Virus record (IMG/VR): IMGVR_UViG_3300025141_000033
DNA: 64,000 nucleotides
Direction: 5' to 3' (one strand)
DNA from: an uncultured virus (IMG/VR IMGVR_UViG_3300025141_000033)
Taxonomy: Duplodnaviria > Heunggongvirae > Uroviricota > Caudoviricetes
Below, piece by piece: positions 25,676 to 35,734 of this stretch (positions are counted from its first letter, which is position 1; every line of letters starts with the position of its first letter). The notes under the pieces are model-generated. The model saw only the letters and a program-made list of their open reading frames with translations. It did no database searches and was not told the DNA's origin. The translations under genes were made by a program, and so were the position numbers.

Positions 25676-28600
25676 CTAAACTTGCTTTTGATAACTCAAA
25701 AATACGGGAAGCTCGCGCTGCCCAGCTTTGTCAGCATACCACACCAAGTCTTCGTTCCCGGTGATCTTTACACCATTCTCGCCAACTGCAACGTAGACGG
25801 GCATCATCGCACCGTCACGGATGAATTTTTCGTAGCCGCCACGGAACACATCTGATGTCGCCCTGAACTCATGGCTGGTATATGGCATAAGCTCCTCAAC
25901 TTCTATCATCGTGTGATAGCGCATAGAGTTAGTGTTAACAGGGGTATCATACACCTGGACGCCGCCTTGTGCCCAGTCGGTTGCTATCGAATCAAGTGAC
26001 ACCTTTGGGGTGGGTCTGTCTTGAGTGTATGGGTCGTTCACATAATATTCCTTAATATCTCCGAAGGCTTCGTAAATAGACTTCGTGCCACCAGGGGTGA
26101 CATCTTGAGGCACTGTCCAGTCAATTCCTCTTGCTCCACCAACCTTTAAGCCAGTGATCCTATTCATTGCCGGCAGTAGTTGCTGGAGAACGTATCTCTC
26201 TCTTGGTTGCTGCCCAAGTAACTCAAACTTGAGGTTGAGGATGATCCTTTGTGACCCATGGGGGGCAACAGTCTTCTCTTCTCTTGTAACGGTAGTGACA
26301 CCAGGGATCCCACGGATCTCGTCTGTTAGAAGCTTGAGGTGCCCTGCACGATCTGCTGCGACTGTGGCGGATACTGCCAGCTTGTAGAGTCTCACGTCTG
26401 CGGACTCTGTCAGCTTTCTTTCTATTCTTAGTATTTGCTCTTCTACGGACTCGTTAGTGCGATGCTCGGGTGGAACTGCTCCCCAACGGCTGAGTTCGTC
26501 CGTGACGAGCTGGTTAAACATCACAGGCTTGCCGTCGTCGTCGATGGCGCCTTCGTTGGCGTGAATTCTGAACATTGCGGCTGCCATTTTCCTGAGATAG
26601 GTTTGAACAGCCACATACTTTTGAACTTCGGTCATTTCGTCAAAGTTGTTTTTGATCCACCTCGCGATAATAACTATTCTTTCGGCGATGTCCGACGTGC
26701 CGGCTGCGGACTCGGCGCCGTATATGGAATCGATCTTGGTCAAAAGTTTGCTGGCTGTGTTGCCGTTATCAATGTCTTCTTTGGTTTTGAGTGCGTGAGC
26801 GTTGATTTCCTCAATGCGCCCTGAGACGGTAGCGTTTGCGGCGGCCTTCACGACTTCGGGGTTGTCGTTAAAATACACGATCCACTTCTTGATATCTTCG
26901 AACTGCTGCGCTGTTGTCTCTGTGCCAGCAAAGAGTCCGAACTTCCACTTCATTTCCATATCTGGGATGGGGTGATCGTCCTGGTTGGAGCCTGGACGGT
27001 ATGGGCTGGTATATTTAATATTCGAGACGACAAAGAAGTCAACGACATCTTGTATATTGACTTGCTGGGGTTTGTGCTTATATTTGTCTCCGAATGGGAG
27101 TTGTTGCTGGTCCTGGCTTACAGCGGATGCAGCACCGACAGCGGTGGTTAGCGCAGCTAAGAAGTCTGCTGTCATCTCGCTGGACTTAAAGACAGTTCTG
27201 TGACCACGGTGATCTCGCTCAAGACCGCCAAAAGCGCGCTGGACATATATAGGAAACCCTCCAAGGACATTGCGGCCGTCATACAAATATAGGTGAACGT
27301 CCTTACTGAACTGGATTTCGGATGATGTTTCGATGTCGGAGCCGCGACCATCACGGAACCAGAAGCTCGTGCCGGAGTCGAGTGAGTGAATTGAGAAGTT
27401 CTCTAAACCATCTTCTCCAAACTTGGCAAGTTCAGCTGAACCCCTGTCCCAATCGCTCTTGGCGATATAACCGTCCTTGACAAGTTCCCGTCGAATCGTA
27501 TCCACCAGTTCATCGTGTCTGCCACTGATATTCTCCTCTATCTCGTCAAAGAAAGCCTCCACATCGTATAGAGAGATATTCTCGACGGCACCTCCTTGCC
27601 AAACCACGTCCTGTTGGGAGCGCATGAAGGTGATGTTCATATATACTTTCTTTGGACCCTCGGTGGCGTCGCTGCCATCGGGAACAGGTCCCTCAAGCAT
27701 CTCGACATCCCACACGACTTCACCGGAATCGCTGAGTTCTTCTACCGCTTCGAGGGGACCAGCAAGGAAAGCGTGCTGATTAGAGCTGTAGCCACCCGCC
27801 GGGATGAGGTGAAACCTTTCATCTGGTGTGCCGGAGTTGGGTCCGATGGTTGCAACGAAGTCGCCATCGCTGTCCTCTTCAAAGCCTTCCCAACCCGTAA
27901 GGGGAATTTGGAGAGATATCTCGGCGTGGGTGTTGACCTCGATGTGCCCATTGTATTCTTCTGCTTCCGCGTGAACCGTGCAGCAATTCGAATCGTTGAT
28001 GTCATCTGCGTTCTCGTTAAGGGTGGACAGTTCTTGCTGGATATAATCCATCGCAGTTTCTATGCCACCGTGGAAGGCGACGCGGGGGTTTGCGTCGCGG
28101 AGATATTCGGTCATCTCCATAATGCCGTCTGCATCGGTTGAGTGCTCGCCGGTTTCTTCAACGTTCTTGACATCCATATTCTTAATAAACCAGTCAATAT
28201 GCCCCCAGACTGACTCTGGCGGTGCCTCGTTTGAGCGGCCTTTGATCTGGTAAATGGTCTTGTGGTCGGGGGAGTAAGTGATCGTCACATAAGACTTTGA
28301 TTCCCTCTTCTTGCTGTCCTTCTTTCGGAGAGAGACGAGGGTTCCGCGATGATCGGAACCGCAGTGCCCCATTCGCTGGGCTTCAACGGTACAGGTAGAG
28401 GTGTCAAGGTTGTACCAATAGGAGCCATCATTAAAAGTGTGAATGATGAGGTCTGGGTCTTCAAGGTTAGCCATATATTCTTCGGCTACGCGAAGTGCCG
28501 CGTCAAGATCAAGCCCCTTGACCATATCAAAGTTTGATGGGTTTTGATTGAGGAGAGTATAGATCTCGTCATATCTGCGGTTGAAGCGAGTGAGGGCGAT

Positions 28601-29353
28601 GGCCATAGTGTTATTAAGAGTCGCTGCAACGCTCTCTACCTTGTCCTTATCGAGTTCAAGTTTCCCCAAAGCACGGATAGCTTTCTTGAAGGCTTTGCCC
28701 CACTTTCCGAACGGCTTTTCTATGATGGTGTTTCGCAAGTTTAGTATAATGAACTTGATCCTGTCCCACCGATCTGCCTGCGACATATCAATATCGGACA
28801 TCAAAAAGAACTCTCTAAACTTCTCCGGAGTTGCCTTGCGGAGAACCCATGAGTTCTCTGGACTTTTCCACAATTCCTGTCCATGGAATTGGAGAGGATT
28901 CGCGTTAGTTACATAGCGGTCCTTAAACAGCTTAACGAGTTCATCGCCTGTAAGTTGTGGCTCTTTTTCGCCGTAGCGGTCTTCAGCCCTGGCGTGGAAG
29001 ATCTTTTTTGTGGGTTCCTTTAGAGCGTGCTCCAAGTAGTCGACATCATGTCGAGGCATCGTTTTGGTCAGCCACGAAATAAACTTAAATGTTTGCCCCT
29101 CAGGGTCAATATCCCCAAAATTGTTGAGCATATGGCTCAGGACACCGAATGCGACAGGTTGGGGCTGCGCCACATCAAAAAGGTGTGTCTTTTTCCATTC
29201 ATGTCCCAGCCAAGTCTTGGCTTTCTCGGGGGCGTCCATTAAGGCGGCTTCAAAATGCGTGACTACACTTTCGGGTAGACCGATATCCTTGAGCCCCTCG
29301 GTCAGTATCTCTTCGTTGAGGTATTTAAACCACTTTCCGGTCGACAAATCCAT
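25676..29353 (-). CDS. large multidomain protein with PcfJ-like segment
   Basis: 1225 aa; 'EAQRMGHCG...SLR...VTI...QIKGRSN'; C-terminal ParB-like 'PVYVAVGENG.KITGNE'. Confidence 0.8.
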   Translation of the reverse strand: MDLSTGKWFKYLNEEILTEGLKDIGLPESVVTHFEAALMDAPEKAKTWLGHEWKKTHLFDVAQPQPVAFGVLSHMLNNFGDIDPEGQTFKFISWLTKTMPRHDVDYLEHALKEPTKKIFHARAEDRYGEKEPQLTGDELVKLFKDRYVTNANPLQFHGQELWKSPENSWVLRKATPEKFREFFLMSDIDMSQADRWDRIKFIILNLRNTIIEKPFGKWGKAFKKAIRALGKLELDKDKVESVAATLNNTMAIALTRFNRRYDEIYTLLNQNPSNFDMVKGLDLDAALRVAEEYMANLEDPDLIIHTFNDGSYWYNLDTSTCTVEAQRMGHCGSDHRGTLVSLRKKDSKKRESKSYVTITYSPDHKTIYQIKGRSNEAPPESVWGHIDWFIKNMDVKNVEETGEHSTDADGIMEMTEYLRDANPRVAFHGGIETAMDYIQQELSTLNENADDINDSNCCTVHAEAEEYNGHIEVNTHAEISLQIPLTGWEGFEEDSDGDFVATIGPNSGTPDERFHLIPAGGYSSNQHAFLAGPLEAVEELSDSGEVVWDVEMLEGPVPDGSDATEGPKKVYMNITFMRSQQDVVWQGGAVENISLYDVEAFFDEIEENISGRHDELVDTIRRELVKDGYIAKSDWDRGSAELAKFGEDGLENFSIHSLDSGTSFWFRDGRGSDIETSSEIQFSKDVHLYLYDGRNVLGGFPIYVQRAFGGLERDHRGHRTVFKSSEMTADFLAALTTAVGAASAVSQDQQQLPFGDKYKHKPQQVNIQDVVDFFVVSNIKYTSPYRPGSNQDDHPIPDMEMKWKFGLFAGTETTAQQFEDIKKWIVYFNDNPEVVKAAANATVSGRIEEINAHALKTKEDIDNGNTASKLLTKIDSIYGAESAAGTSDIAERIVIIARWIKNNFDEMTEVQKYVAVQTYLRKMAAAMFRIHANEGAIDDDGKPVMFNQLVTDELSRWGAVPPEHRTNESVEEQILRIERKLTESADVRLYKLAVSATVAADRAGHLKLLTDEIRGIPGVTTVTREEKTVAPHGSQRIILNLKFELLGQQPRERYVLQQLLPAMNRITGLKVGGARGIDWTVPQDVTPGGTKSIYEAFGDIKEYYVNDPYTQDRPTPKVSLDSIATDWAQGGVQVYDTPVNTNSMRYHTMIEVEELMPYTSHEFRATSDVFRGGYEKFIRDGAMMPVYVAVGENGVKITGNEDLVWYADKAGQRELPVFLSYQKQV

Positions 29354-29396
29354 ATGTTTTTTCTCCAGTCCACTCTAAATAGTTATTTATTTCAGT

Positions 29397-29741
29397 TTAA
29401 CGCCCGTAATCATCTTCCATTCTTATCACGTCTTTCAAGTGTGGTGTGGATACCTCAATTATCTGAACGTTGCTCTCGTTGGCGCCGAAGCGATGTATCT
29501 GCCCAACGTTAATGTGGAGAGACTGGCCAGGGAAGACCTTGGTTATGGTCCCATCGTCTTCATAGTTGTAAAGGATGCCCTTGACGACATAGACGGTCTC
29601 TTCTTTGACCATGTGGTATTGCTTTGATAGGCGCTGTCCGGCATTGATGTGTAACAGTTTGCCGACGTAGCTGTCGGTGTGGGCCCAGATGATCTGAAAG
29701 CCCCACGGAGCCTCGATCCTTTTAAGTTCTTTGTTTAACAT
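29397..29741 (-). CDS. cupin-domain protein (mannose-6-phosphate isomerase-like)
   Basis: 'PWG...GQRLSKQYH..KEET...HRF...EVSTPH..D..R..DDYGR'. Confidence 0.88.
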   Translation of the reverse strand: MLNKELKRIEAPWGFQIIWAHTDSYVGKLLHINAGQRLSKQYHMVKEETVYVVKGILYNYEDDGTITKVFPGQSLHINVGQIHRFGANESNVQIIEVSTPHLKDVIRMEDDYGR

Positions 29742-29742
29742 T

Positions 29743-30096
29743 TCACTTCCAAAATAGTTGTATCGCCATAATGACGAAAGATAAAAAGACGCAAGTCATT
29801 GTCTTCGCTGTAAACATACTCTCGTTCAAAAAGTACCAAGTCAATATCGGAAAGGTCAGATATGACAGCGAGAACATCAAGAAGCGGGGTCCCCACACAA
29901 CACCCAATTCTTCATAAGCGAGCTTGATACCCAGCCAGAAGCACAATCCTGCTGGGATCGAAAAGAGGACCACAGCGACAAACGGCTTATCCCTCCACCA
30001 TTCCCACACAAGCTGAGCGTTTAAATGCAGGAAACCGAAGGTCTGTCCAACTGTAAACAGTAAGCAGACATACATCATATTTTTAGACATAATCAT
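29743..30096 (-). CDS. small multi-pass membrane protein (SMR/DMT-like topology)
   Basis: Four hydrophobic segments, 'WYFLNES'. Confidence 0.7.
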   Translation of the reverse strand: MIMSKNMMYVCLLFTVGQTFGFLHLNAQLVWEWWRDKPFVAVVLFSIPAGLCFWLGIKLAYEELGVVWGPRFLMFSLSYLTFPILTWYFLNESMFTAKTMTCVFLSFVIMAIQLFWK

Positions 30097-30127
30097 ATTT
30101 TTCTACATTGCCACAGCGATTAATATA

Positions 30128-30886
30128 TTAGTAGTTGGCAACGATCATCTCCCTTTGCGCGTCCTTGTTGAGTGTCTTCTGTCCATACTTGTCAAGGTAA
30201 GTTATGTTAAAATCTTTATACATCTGCTCGGCTTTCTTGTGTGGCTCGTACATCACAATCCACTTTTTATTAATACTTTTTAGTGTCTCGCAAACATCTG
30301 AATGGTTCAGTATGGTGCTCTCATGTCCACGGCTCTTACCGTCATCAAAAAAGTTATAACTGAATTTGCCCATGGGCAGCAATAGATAATCCCCTTGTGC
30401 GGATTCGATCGACTTTATCAGCCCTCTGTTGCTCTCCAAAGAAATATGCATATTGTCGATCTTAAAATTCTTCAAATATGATGGGACGAGGGGGGTGAAT
30501 TTGCTCTCATCTAATTTTCCAGACGAAACAAGTCCGCCGTCAGAACAGCGGTTTAGAATAAAGAACAAAGCAGATCTTACATATGGGTCTCTGTATTGTG
30601 ACCAAGTCTCCTGTAGGACATTGAATAGCTGCTCGCTCCCAATGGGCATCAGCTTGCTTACTATCGCGGCGATGCGCTTTGGGTTGGACATCAGGCACTC
30701 CCAGAATTCGTGGATGACATACCTCTCGGTATGTGCGACAACAAAGCGTCCCGATTCCGCAAGAGAGATCTCCAAGTCTCCCGCGTAAAGATTGAATATG
30801 TCGACAACAGAGCCGGGCGGTATCATCTCCTTTACAAACGGTGTCGCCTTAGTTGCCAAACGATAGTCTTTGACTGGGCTCTTCAA
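30128..30886 (-). CDS. degenerate Dam(D12)-like DNA methyltransferase homolog
   Basis: 'MKSP..', 'HEFWECL', 'SALFFILNRCS..G', 'WIVMY', 'EMIVANY' follow Dam layout, but FxGxG and DPPY are replaced. Confidence 0.65.
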   Translation of the reverse strand: MKSPVKDYRLATKATPFVKEMIPPGSVVDIFNLYAGDLEISLAESGRFVVAHTERYVIHEFWECLMSNPKRIAAIVSKLMPIGSEQLFNVLQETWSQYRDPYVRSALFFILNRCSDGGLVSSGKLDESKFTPLVPSYLKNFKIDNMHISLESNRGLIKSIESAQGDYLLLPMGKFSYNFFDDGKSRGHESTILNHSDVCETLKSINKKWIVMYEPHKKAEQMYKDFNITYLDKYGQKTLNKDAQREMIVANY

Positions 30887-31143
30887 GACACCATCTCGCG
30901 GATGTGTTCTTCGAACTCCTGTAGTCCGCGATACACAACAGGAACGTCGAACATATTGCCGAGAAACTTGAGAACCACAGGGAATTTATCAAATTTATGC
31001 TTACTCATAAGATAACGAGAATAATCTGGGGACTTATCCACGAATATCAAGACGTATTTCAGCCCGTTCTTCTCCAAGATACGAATCGCTTCTAAACTAT
31101 CGGCGCTTCTTGAGTGAGCAAATAGGTGATAGTTACTCAGCAT
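30883..31143 (-). CDS. glutaredoxin-fold protein lacking CxxC
   Basis: 'YHLFAHSRSADSLEAIRILE..GLKY...FPVV...GLQEF'. Confidence 0.55.
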   Translation of the reverse strand: MLSNYHLFAHSRSADSLEAIRILEKNGLKYVLIFVDKSPDYSRYLMSKHKFDKFPVVLKFLGNMFDVPVVYRGLQEFEEHIREMVS

Positions 31144-31504
31144 CTTCTTCAGTGGCGGCTCTGAAATCTTGAAGTTTTTTTGCAAGCTCATCAACAGAGG
31201 TTGGGGTTCGAACTTGTTGCTGTGGCTGTGCCGGTGGGGACGACAGGTGCGAGATATATCCGTTGATGATGTTCATCGTATCATTAAGGATAAAGTCTGC
31301 ATCTGACAGCGTCTTTCGCAGGCGTTCGATATCATTGATGGTCGAAAGCGTGAGCATCTCACCCATTTCTCGCTGAGAAAGACTGGGGAGAATGTCTGTA
31401 ATGCCATGCTTCAGTTTGATTACGGCTGTGTTGAGTAGGCGCTTGGCTTCTTCTGGAAGATTATCCAGATCGATAGAATATTGAATGTTTACTCGCTGTC
31501 CCAT
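31133..31504 (-). CDS. hypothetical protein
   Basis: 123 aa. Confidence 0.7.
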   Translation of the reverse strand: MGQRVNIQYSIDLDNLPEEAKRLLNTAVIKLKHGITDILPSLSQREMGEMLTLSTINDIERLRKTLSDADFILNDTMNIINGYISHLSSPPAQPQQQVRTPTSVDELAKKLQDFRAATEEDAE

Positions 31505-31508
31505 CTCT

Positions 31509-31802
31509 CTATCCCTTCAGCAACTGCTTGCTGTTTCTGTTTAGTGCGCTTTCAACCACATCTGGGGAGCCGACGACAACTATTTCGGTGCCACCTGAGC
31601 CCCTATTAATAAGCAGCTTTGAGAACCTCTCATTATCGCTGACCGACTCAGACAAAATAGAGCCAGCTCTCTCCATATAAACACGAGGCTGTTCTCGAAT
31701 CATAACTACGTGCTCGGGGTTAACAAACACCTCTTTGAGCAGCCACTTGTGCGTGTTCGTGACGGGACCAGAGATGGCGATTTCCGTAAGTTTTACTAAC
31801 AT
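31509..31802 (-). CDS. FlbD-like small protein
   Basis: 'MLVKLT...VFVNPEHVVMIRE...IVVVGSPDVVESAL' resembles the FlbD pattern. Confidence 0.5.
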   Translation of the reverse strand: MLVKLTEIAISGPVTNTHKWLLKEVFVNPEHVVMIREQPRVYMERAGSILSESVSDNERFSKLLINRGSGGTEIVVVGSPDVVESALNRNSKQLLKG

Positions 31803-32005
31803 TTATTTTCCTTTTCCACGGGATATACGTGGTCCTTTTTAACTAAAACATTTCGCCCATTAATGAAAACTTCATATAGGCTTCCCTGCTCTTTAACCAA
31901 AAGAGCGATCGATGGCTTTTTGGTTCGACTGATGTGAGAACCAGCGCCGTTATTTACGTGCAGATCGACAGCTTGCGGTATGTATACTAAATCTCCTTGT
32001 TGCAT
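31796..32005 (-). CDS. small SH3/KOW-like protein
   Basis: MQQGDLVYI...ALLV...YEVFING. Confidence 0.7.
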   Translation of the reverse strand: MQQGDLVYIPQAVDLHVNNGAGSHISRTKKPSIALLVKEQGSLYEVFINGRNVLVKKDHVYPVEKENKC

Positions 32006-33597
32006 TACTCTATATCTCCTGTCTGAATAATTCCAAAGTTTGTGGTGATCAAAGTGCCGGCACAACTGGCAGCGTTCTTCAACGCTGAGCGGGTGACCTT
32101 CACCGGATCGACGACTCCCTGCTTCATAAGATCGATCATCTCTGATTCACGGAAGTCCCAGCCCATCGCATCGTTACTCTCCGATAGAATCTTTTCAATA
32201 ATAATATCGGGTGAGATAGCAGCGTTCATAGCCATTTGTCGAATTGGTTCTTCGCAGGCGGATTTAACAACATTGATGCCATAAGCCTGTTCAGAGTTAT
32301 CAACGGTGGCGCAGATAGTATGGGAGGCGCGCAAGAGTGCCACTCCACCACCAGATACGATCCCCTCTTCTTGCGCTGAACGAACAGCTTCTAGGGCGTC
32401 CTCGATGCGGTGCTTTTTCTCAGTAACTTCTACTTCTGTGGCTCCTCCAACGCGGATGACGGCGACACCTGAAGCAAGGCGAACAATACGCTCTTGAATA
32501 CGAGCGCACTCGTTAAGATTTTCTGTCGCCGTAATCTCGCTCTTGAGGCTCTCGATGCGTGTCTCGACTTCCTCATGGTCTGCGTGTCCCCCGACGATGA
32601 CAGTACCAGTTTTAGTGCTCTCGATATACTTGGCGCAACCAAAGTCTGCCAGTTCGACATCTTGAAGCTTCTTGGAGCTTTCGCGAGTAATAAAACTGGC
32701 GCCCGTGGAAACAGCCAGATCGCTGAGGATGTTGCGACGTTCTTCGCCATATCGAGGAGCTTTGATAGCAGCTACCTTTAGGGAGCCTCGCAGGGCGTTC
32801 ATAATGAGAGCAGCGAGAGCTTGCCCCTCGATCTCTTCGGCAACAATGATCAGAGGCTTGCCTTCGCGGGCGACCTTCTCCAACAAAGGAAGAATCGGTT
32901 CGACTGCGTCGATCTTATGATCCGTGACCAAAATATACGGTTCTTCATGACTCATCATAAAGCGACGTTGATCAGTAATGAACTGACTGGAACTGAACCC
33001 TGCGTCCAGACGGAAACCCTCGGTGATATCGACAGAGGTATCCATAGAGCGGGCTTCCTCGATGGTGATAGAGCCATCTTGACCTACGCGATCGATGGCC
33101 AACGAAATAAGTTTGCCGATGGCTCCGTCGTTGTTCGCAGAGATCGTAGCGATATGCTCAATGTCGGCAATACTTTTTACTGGGCGTGCCATGGCTCGAA
33201 GAGTGCTGACAACATCCTCAACAGCAGAATTGATACCTCGTTGAATCTCAACTGGTGAGACACCCGAGGAAATGAATTTCTGTGACTCTCGCAAGATGGC
33301 GCGTGCCAGCACTGTGGATGTGGTGGTTCCGTCGCCTGCGTCACTATTAGTCTGGATGGCAGCTTGCTTGATGATCTGTGCTGCGGCATTCTCGAACGGA
33401 TCATCGAGGGCAACAAACTGCGCACAAGTCACGCCATCCTTGGTTGTAAATGGTGTCTTGCCTTTCTCTTGCAGGAGAACGTTGCGGCCGCGTGGACCCA
33501 AAGTGGATGCCACATTATCTGCGAGAACGTCTGCCCCTCGCATAATCTTTGCTCGTAGACTGCTTTCGCTGTCGAATTCTCTCTTGTTGTTGCTCAT
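32005..33597 (-). CDS. groEL: chaperonin GroEL
   Basis: TLGPRGRNV, TKDGVT, AGDGTTT, KAPRYGE.R, VSGGGVALL, DPVKVTR. Confidence 0.97.
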   Translation of the reverse strand: MSNNKREFDSESSLRAKIMRGADVLADNVASTLGPRGRNVLLQEKGKTPFTTKDGVTCAQFVALDDPFENAAAQIIKQAAIQTNSDAGDGTTTSTVLARAILRESQKFISSGVSPVEIQRGINSAVEDVVSTLRAMARPVKSIADIEHIATISANNDGAIGKLISLAIDRVGQDGSITIEEARSMDTSVDITEGFRLDAGFSSSQFITDQRRFMMSHEEPYILVTDHKIDAVEPILPLLEKVAREGKPLIIVAEEIEGQALAALIMNALRGSLKVAAIKAPRYGEERRNILSDLAVSTGASFITRESSKKLQDVELADFGCAKYIESTKTGTVIVGGHADHEEVETRIESLKSEITATENLNECARIQERIVRLASGVAVIRVGGATEVEVTEKKHRIEDALEAVRSAQEEGIVSGGGVALLRASHTICATVDNSEQAYGINVVKSACEEPIRQMAMNAAISPDIIIEKILSESNDAMGWDFRESEMIDLMKQGVVDPVKVTRSALKNAASCAGTLITTNFGIIQTGDIE

Positions 33598-33609
33598 TGA
33601 TTCCTCGTG

Positions 33610-34521
33610 TTATTTAGCAATAATTAAAATTTCAGATGACTTGCCCTGGGGCTTCTTTAACTCTTCCAACCACTCCTGTAGTTGTTTCTTATATCTGGCG
33701 TGACTCTTAAACTTCTTCTTGTTTCCCTCGATGTCATCAAGACACCGCTGAAGGAACTTCTTCTCTTCCACGACTGCGGGAGAGCTGACGTTCTTCATGC
33801 CCATCGCCCACTCTGCCTCTATTATATCATAGTCGGAATACATTTGTCTAATTTCTTCACTATCATTATAAGACATAATCCAGCCTCGCCTCTTGGTCAG
33901 GATCTTGTGCAAGCGCTTGTGAGGGAACTCCTGATGAAGGTCGCCGGATACTCCATAAAGTTTGTTGCTTTTATTTTCTAGTAGGTAGGGAGGGTCAAGA
34001 TAGATAAAACTGTCTTTATGTTTTTCCAGCGACACTTCAAAAGGAGCATAACCCGCTTTAAAGTTTGGTTCTTCGTAATTACTTAGTCTCTTAATTGCGT
34101 TTTCATTGAAGCGTTTTTCCTCTGCTTGGCGCGAAAACCCGCCTGAAAGGGTCCCTCCGGAGAAAGATGATCTGTTGATGGCATAGTAGGCCGCGGCATA
34201 GTTGACATCTATAACTCGATAATGTTGATACGCTGCGAGGAGCTTTCTCAAATGTAAAAACTTTTCTTTTGTGAGCGGCTTTAACTTATACACCTCATGA
34301 ACCAACTCTTTGTTATGGTTTGCTGCGCAGTGCCAAAAGTTGTAGAGGGGCCAAAAAAGATCGTAGCCGTACACCTCTACTCCTTTTTTTGCCAGCGCCA
34401 GTTCGAGAGAGGCGCCGCCAACGAATGGTGAGCATACTCTCTTAACGTTTTCCGGGAAATGCGGAAGGATGTGTTTTACTGCCCGAGTCTTTCCACCGGG
34501 GTACCGAAGGGGGGATATCAA
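33610..34521 (-). CDS. DNA adenine methyltransferase (Dam/D12 class)
   Basis: SPLRYPGGK, SPFVGGAS, YLDPPY, MSYND; promoter 34545-34573. Confidence 0.93.
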   Translation of the reverse strand: MISPLRYPGGKTRAVKHILPHFPENVKRVCSPFVGGASLELALAKKGVEVYGYDLFWPLYNFWHCAANHNKELVHEVYKLKPLTKEKFLHLRKLLAAYQHYRVIDVNYAAAYYAINRSSFSGGTLSGGFSRQAEEKRFNENAIKRLSNYEEPNFKAGYAPFEVSLEKHKDSFIYLDPPYLLENKSNKLYGVSGDLHQEFPHKRLHKILTKRRGWIMSYNDSEEIRQMYSDYDIIEAEWAMGMKNVSSPAVVEEKKFLQRCLDDIEGNKKKFKSHARYKKQLQEWLEELKKPQGKSSEILIIAK

Positions 34522-34579
34522 TGTTGCCTCTATGTTATGTTAGTATTATAACTGATTGTGTTGAGTTTGTCAAGGGGTT

Positions 34580-35719
34580 TTATTCGATGATACTATTAAT
34601 TATTTTATTAAGGTCTTCGCGCCTTAACAAGCTTAAATTAGACTTTTTCAGTCTGCCCTTCAATTTCACTGCGACTGTGAAGCTTGTTGAACCATTGGCT
34701 CCCATCGCAGGCTTCAATCTAAACCTTAGAAAGGAAGTCAAGCCAGAGTCGGCGAATTTTGGAATACCGAAAAGCTCGGAGGCTTCGTCCGTAAGGGCAT
34801 ATAGCCCCGCTGTTCCGATTTGGATGAAGCGGTCACCCTTGTCTGTGTAGTAGTTTGCGATCTTTTCGAACGGGAACTCCACCTTAAGATCTGTCTTTCC
34901 GTTAAACCAGCTATTCTGCAGTTCTTTTTTGAGTTCGCCTGTGGTCGAGCTGCGTTGAAGTCCAGAAATATACTCGGTACCATCATCCACACGCAAACGA
35001 GGATCGCCAAGGTCAGCAAAGACGCAAGTTTCGTCAAGCGTGTTCTTGAGATAAACATCGAAAAGGGGACCAAAGATCTCCTTGTTTTTCACAAAGCCCT
35101 TTGTCTGCCGAGGGGACCAGCTCTTTGACTCCATATCATATTGAGCACGAAACTGTCCAAAATCTGCACTTAGGGCAGTTTTAAGCTCGATGGTAAGGGG
35201 AACCACGAGTTGTTGGCTGGCAATCGTGAGATCAGATCCGGCACCAAAGCCTGCTGTTGATGCGGTGATACCCAAATTCCCATATTCATTGTTTATAATG
35301 TTTGCAAGCTTCTCTTCGAAATCCATACCTGCTGTCGCGGCAGAGGTTCGACTTTTCGGCTTTACATAGATATAAACACTTCCGAAATCCTTATCAAGAA
35401 TCTCAATTCGACCGATGGCGCTGCCAGGGGCAGTCGGGTTATGGGAGAAACCAAGAGGGGAGAGCATAGAAGCCAGTTTTTCCATTGTTTGAACGCGCTG
35501 GTCGTCTTTTACACGAATAACGTTCTTCTTTAAAAGCTCGTAATCATATCCTTCGCCCTTAATAATGTCAATAGCCAAGTCAATATTTCGCTTTTGACCA
35601 GAGTCAGGGGAAAAAGAGAGGTCCTCCATCATCTCCATCAACATAGATGGAGTGATGAGGACTGGCTCTTGGGCTTTCTTTGCATACTCTTCTTTAAGAA
35701 TACTTCTTAAATCAGACAT
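34580..35719 (-). CDS. putative PD-(D/E)xK nuclease-domain protein
   Basis: 'GMDFEEKL...GSDL...IELK' pattern. Confidence 0.6.
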   Translation of the reverse strand: MSDLRSILKEEYAKKAQEPVLITPSMLMEMMEDLSFSPDSGQKRNIDLAIDIIKGEGYDYELLKKNVIRVKDDQRVQTMEKLASMLSPLGFSHNPTAPGSAIGRIEILDKDFGSVYIYVKPKSRTSAATAGMDFEEKLANIINNEYGNLGITASTAGFGAGSDLTIASQQLVVPLTIELKTALSADFGQFRAQYDMESKSWSPRQTKGFVKNKEIFGPLFDVYLKNTLDETCVFADLGDPRLRVDDGTEYISGLQRSSTTGELKKELQNSWFNGKTDLKVEFPFEKIANYYTDKGDRFIQIGTAGLYALTDEASELFGIPKFADSGLTSFLRFRLKPAMGANGSTSFTVAVKLKGRLKKSNLSLLRREDLNKIINSIIE

Positions 35720-35734
35720 TTTTACCTCGTTTGT

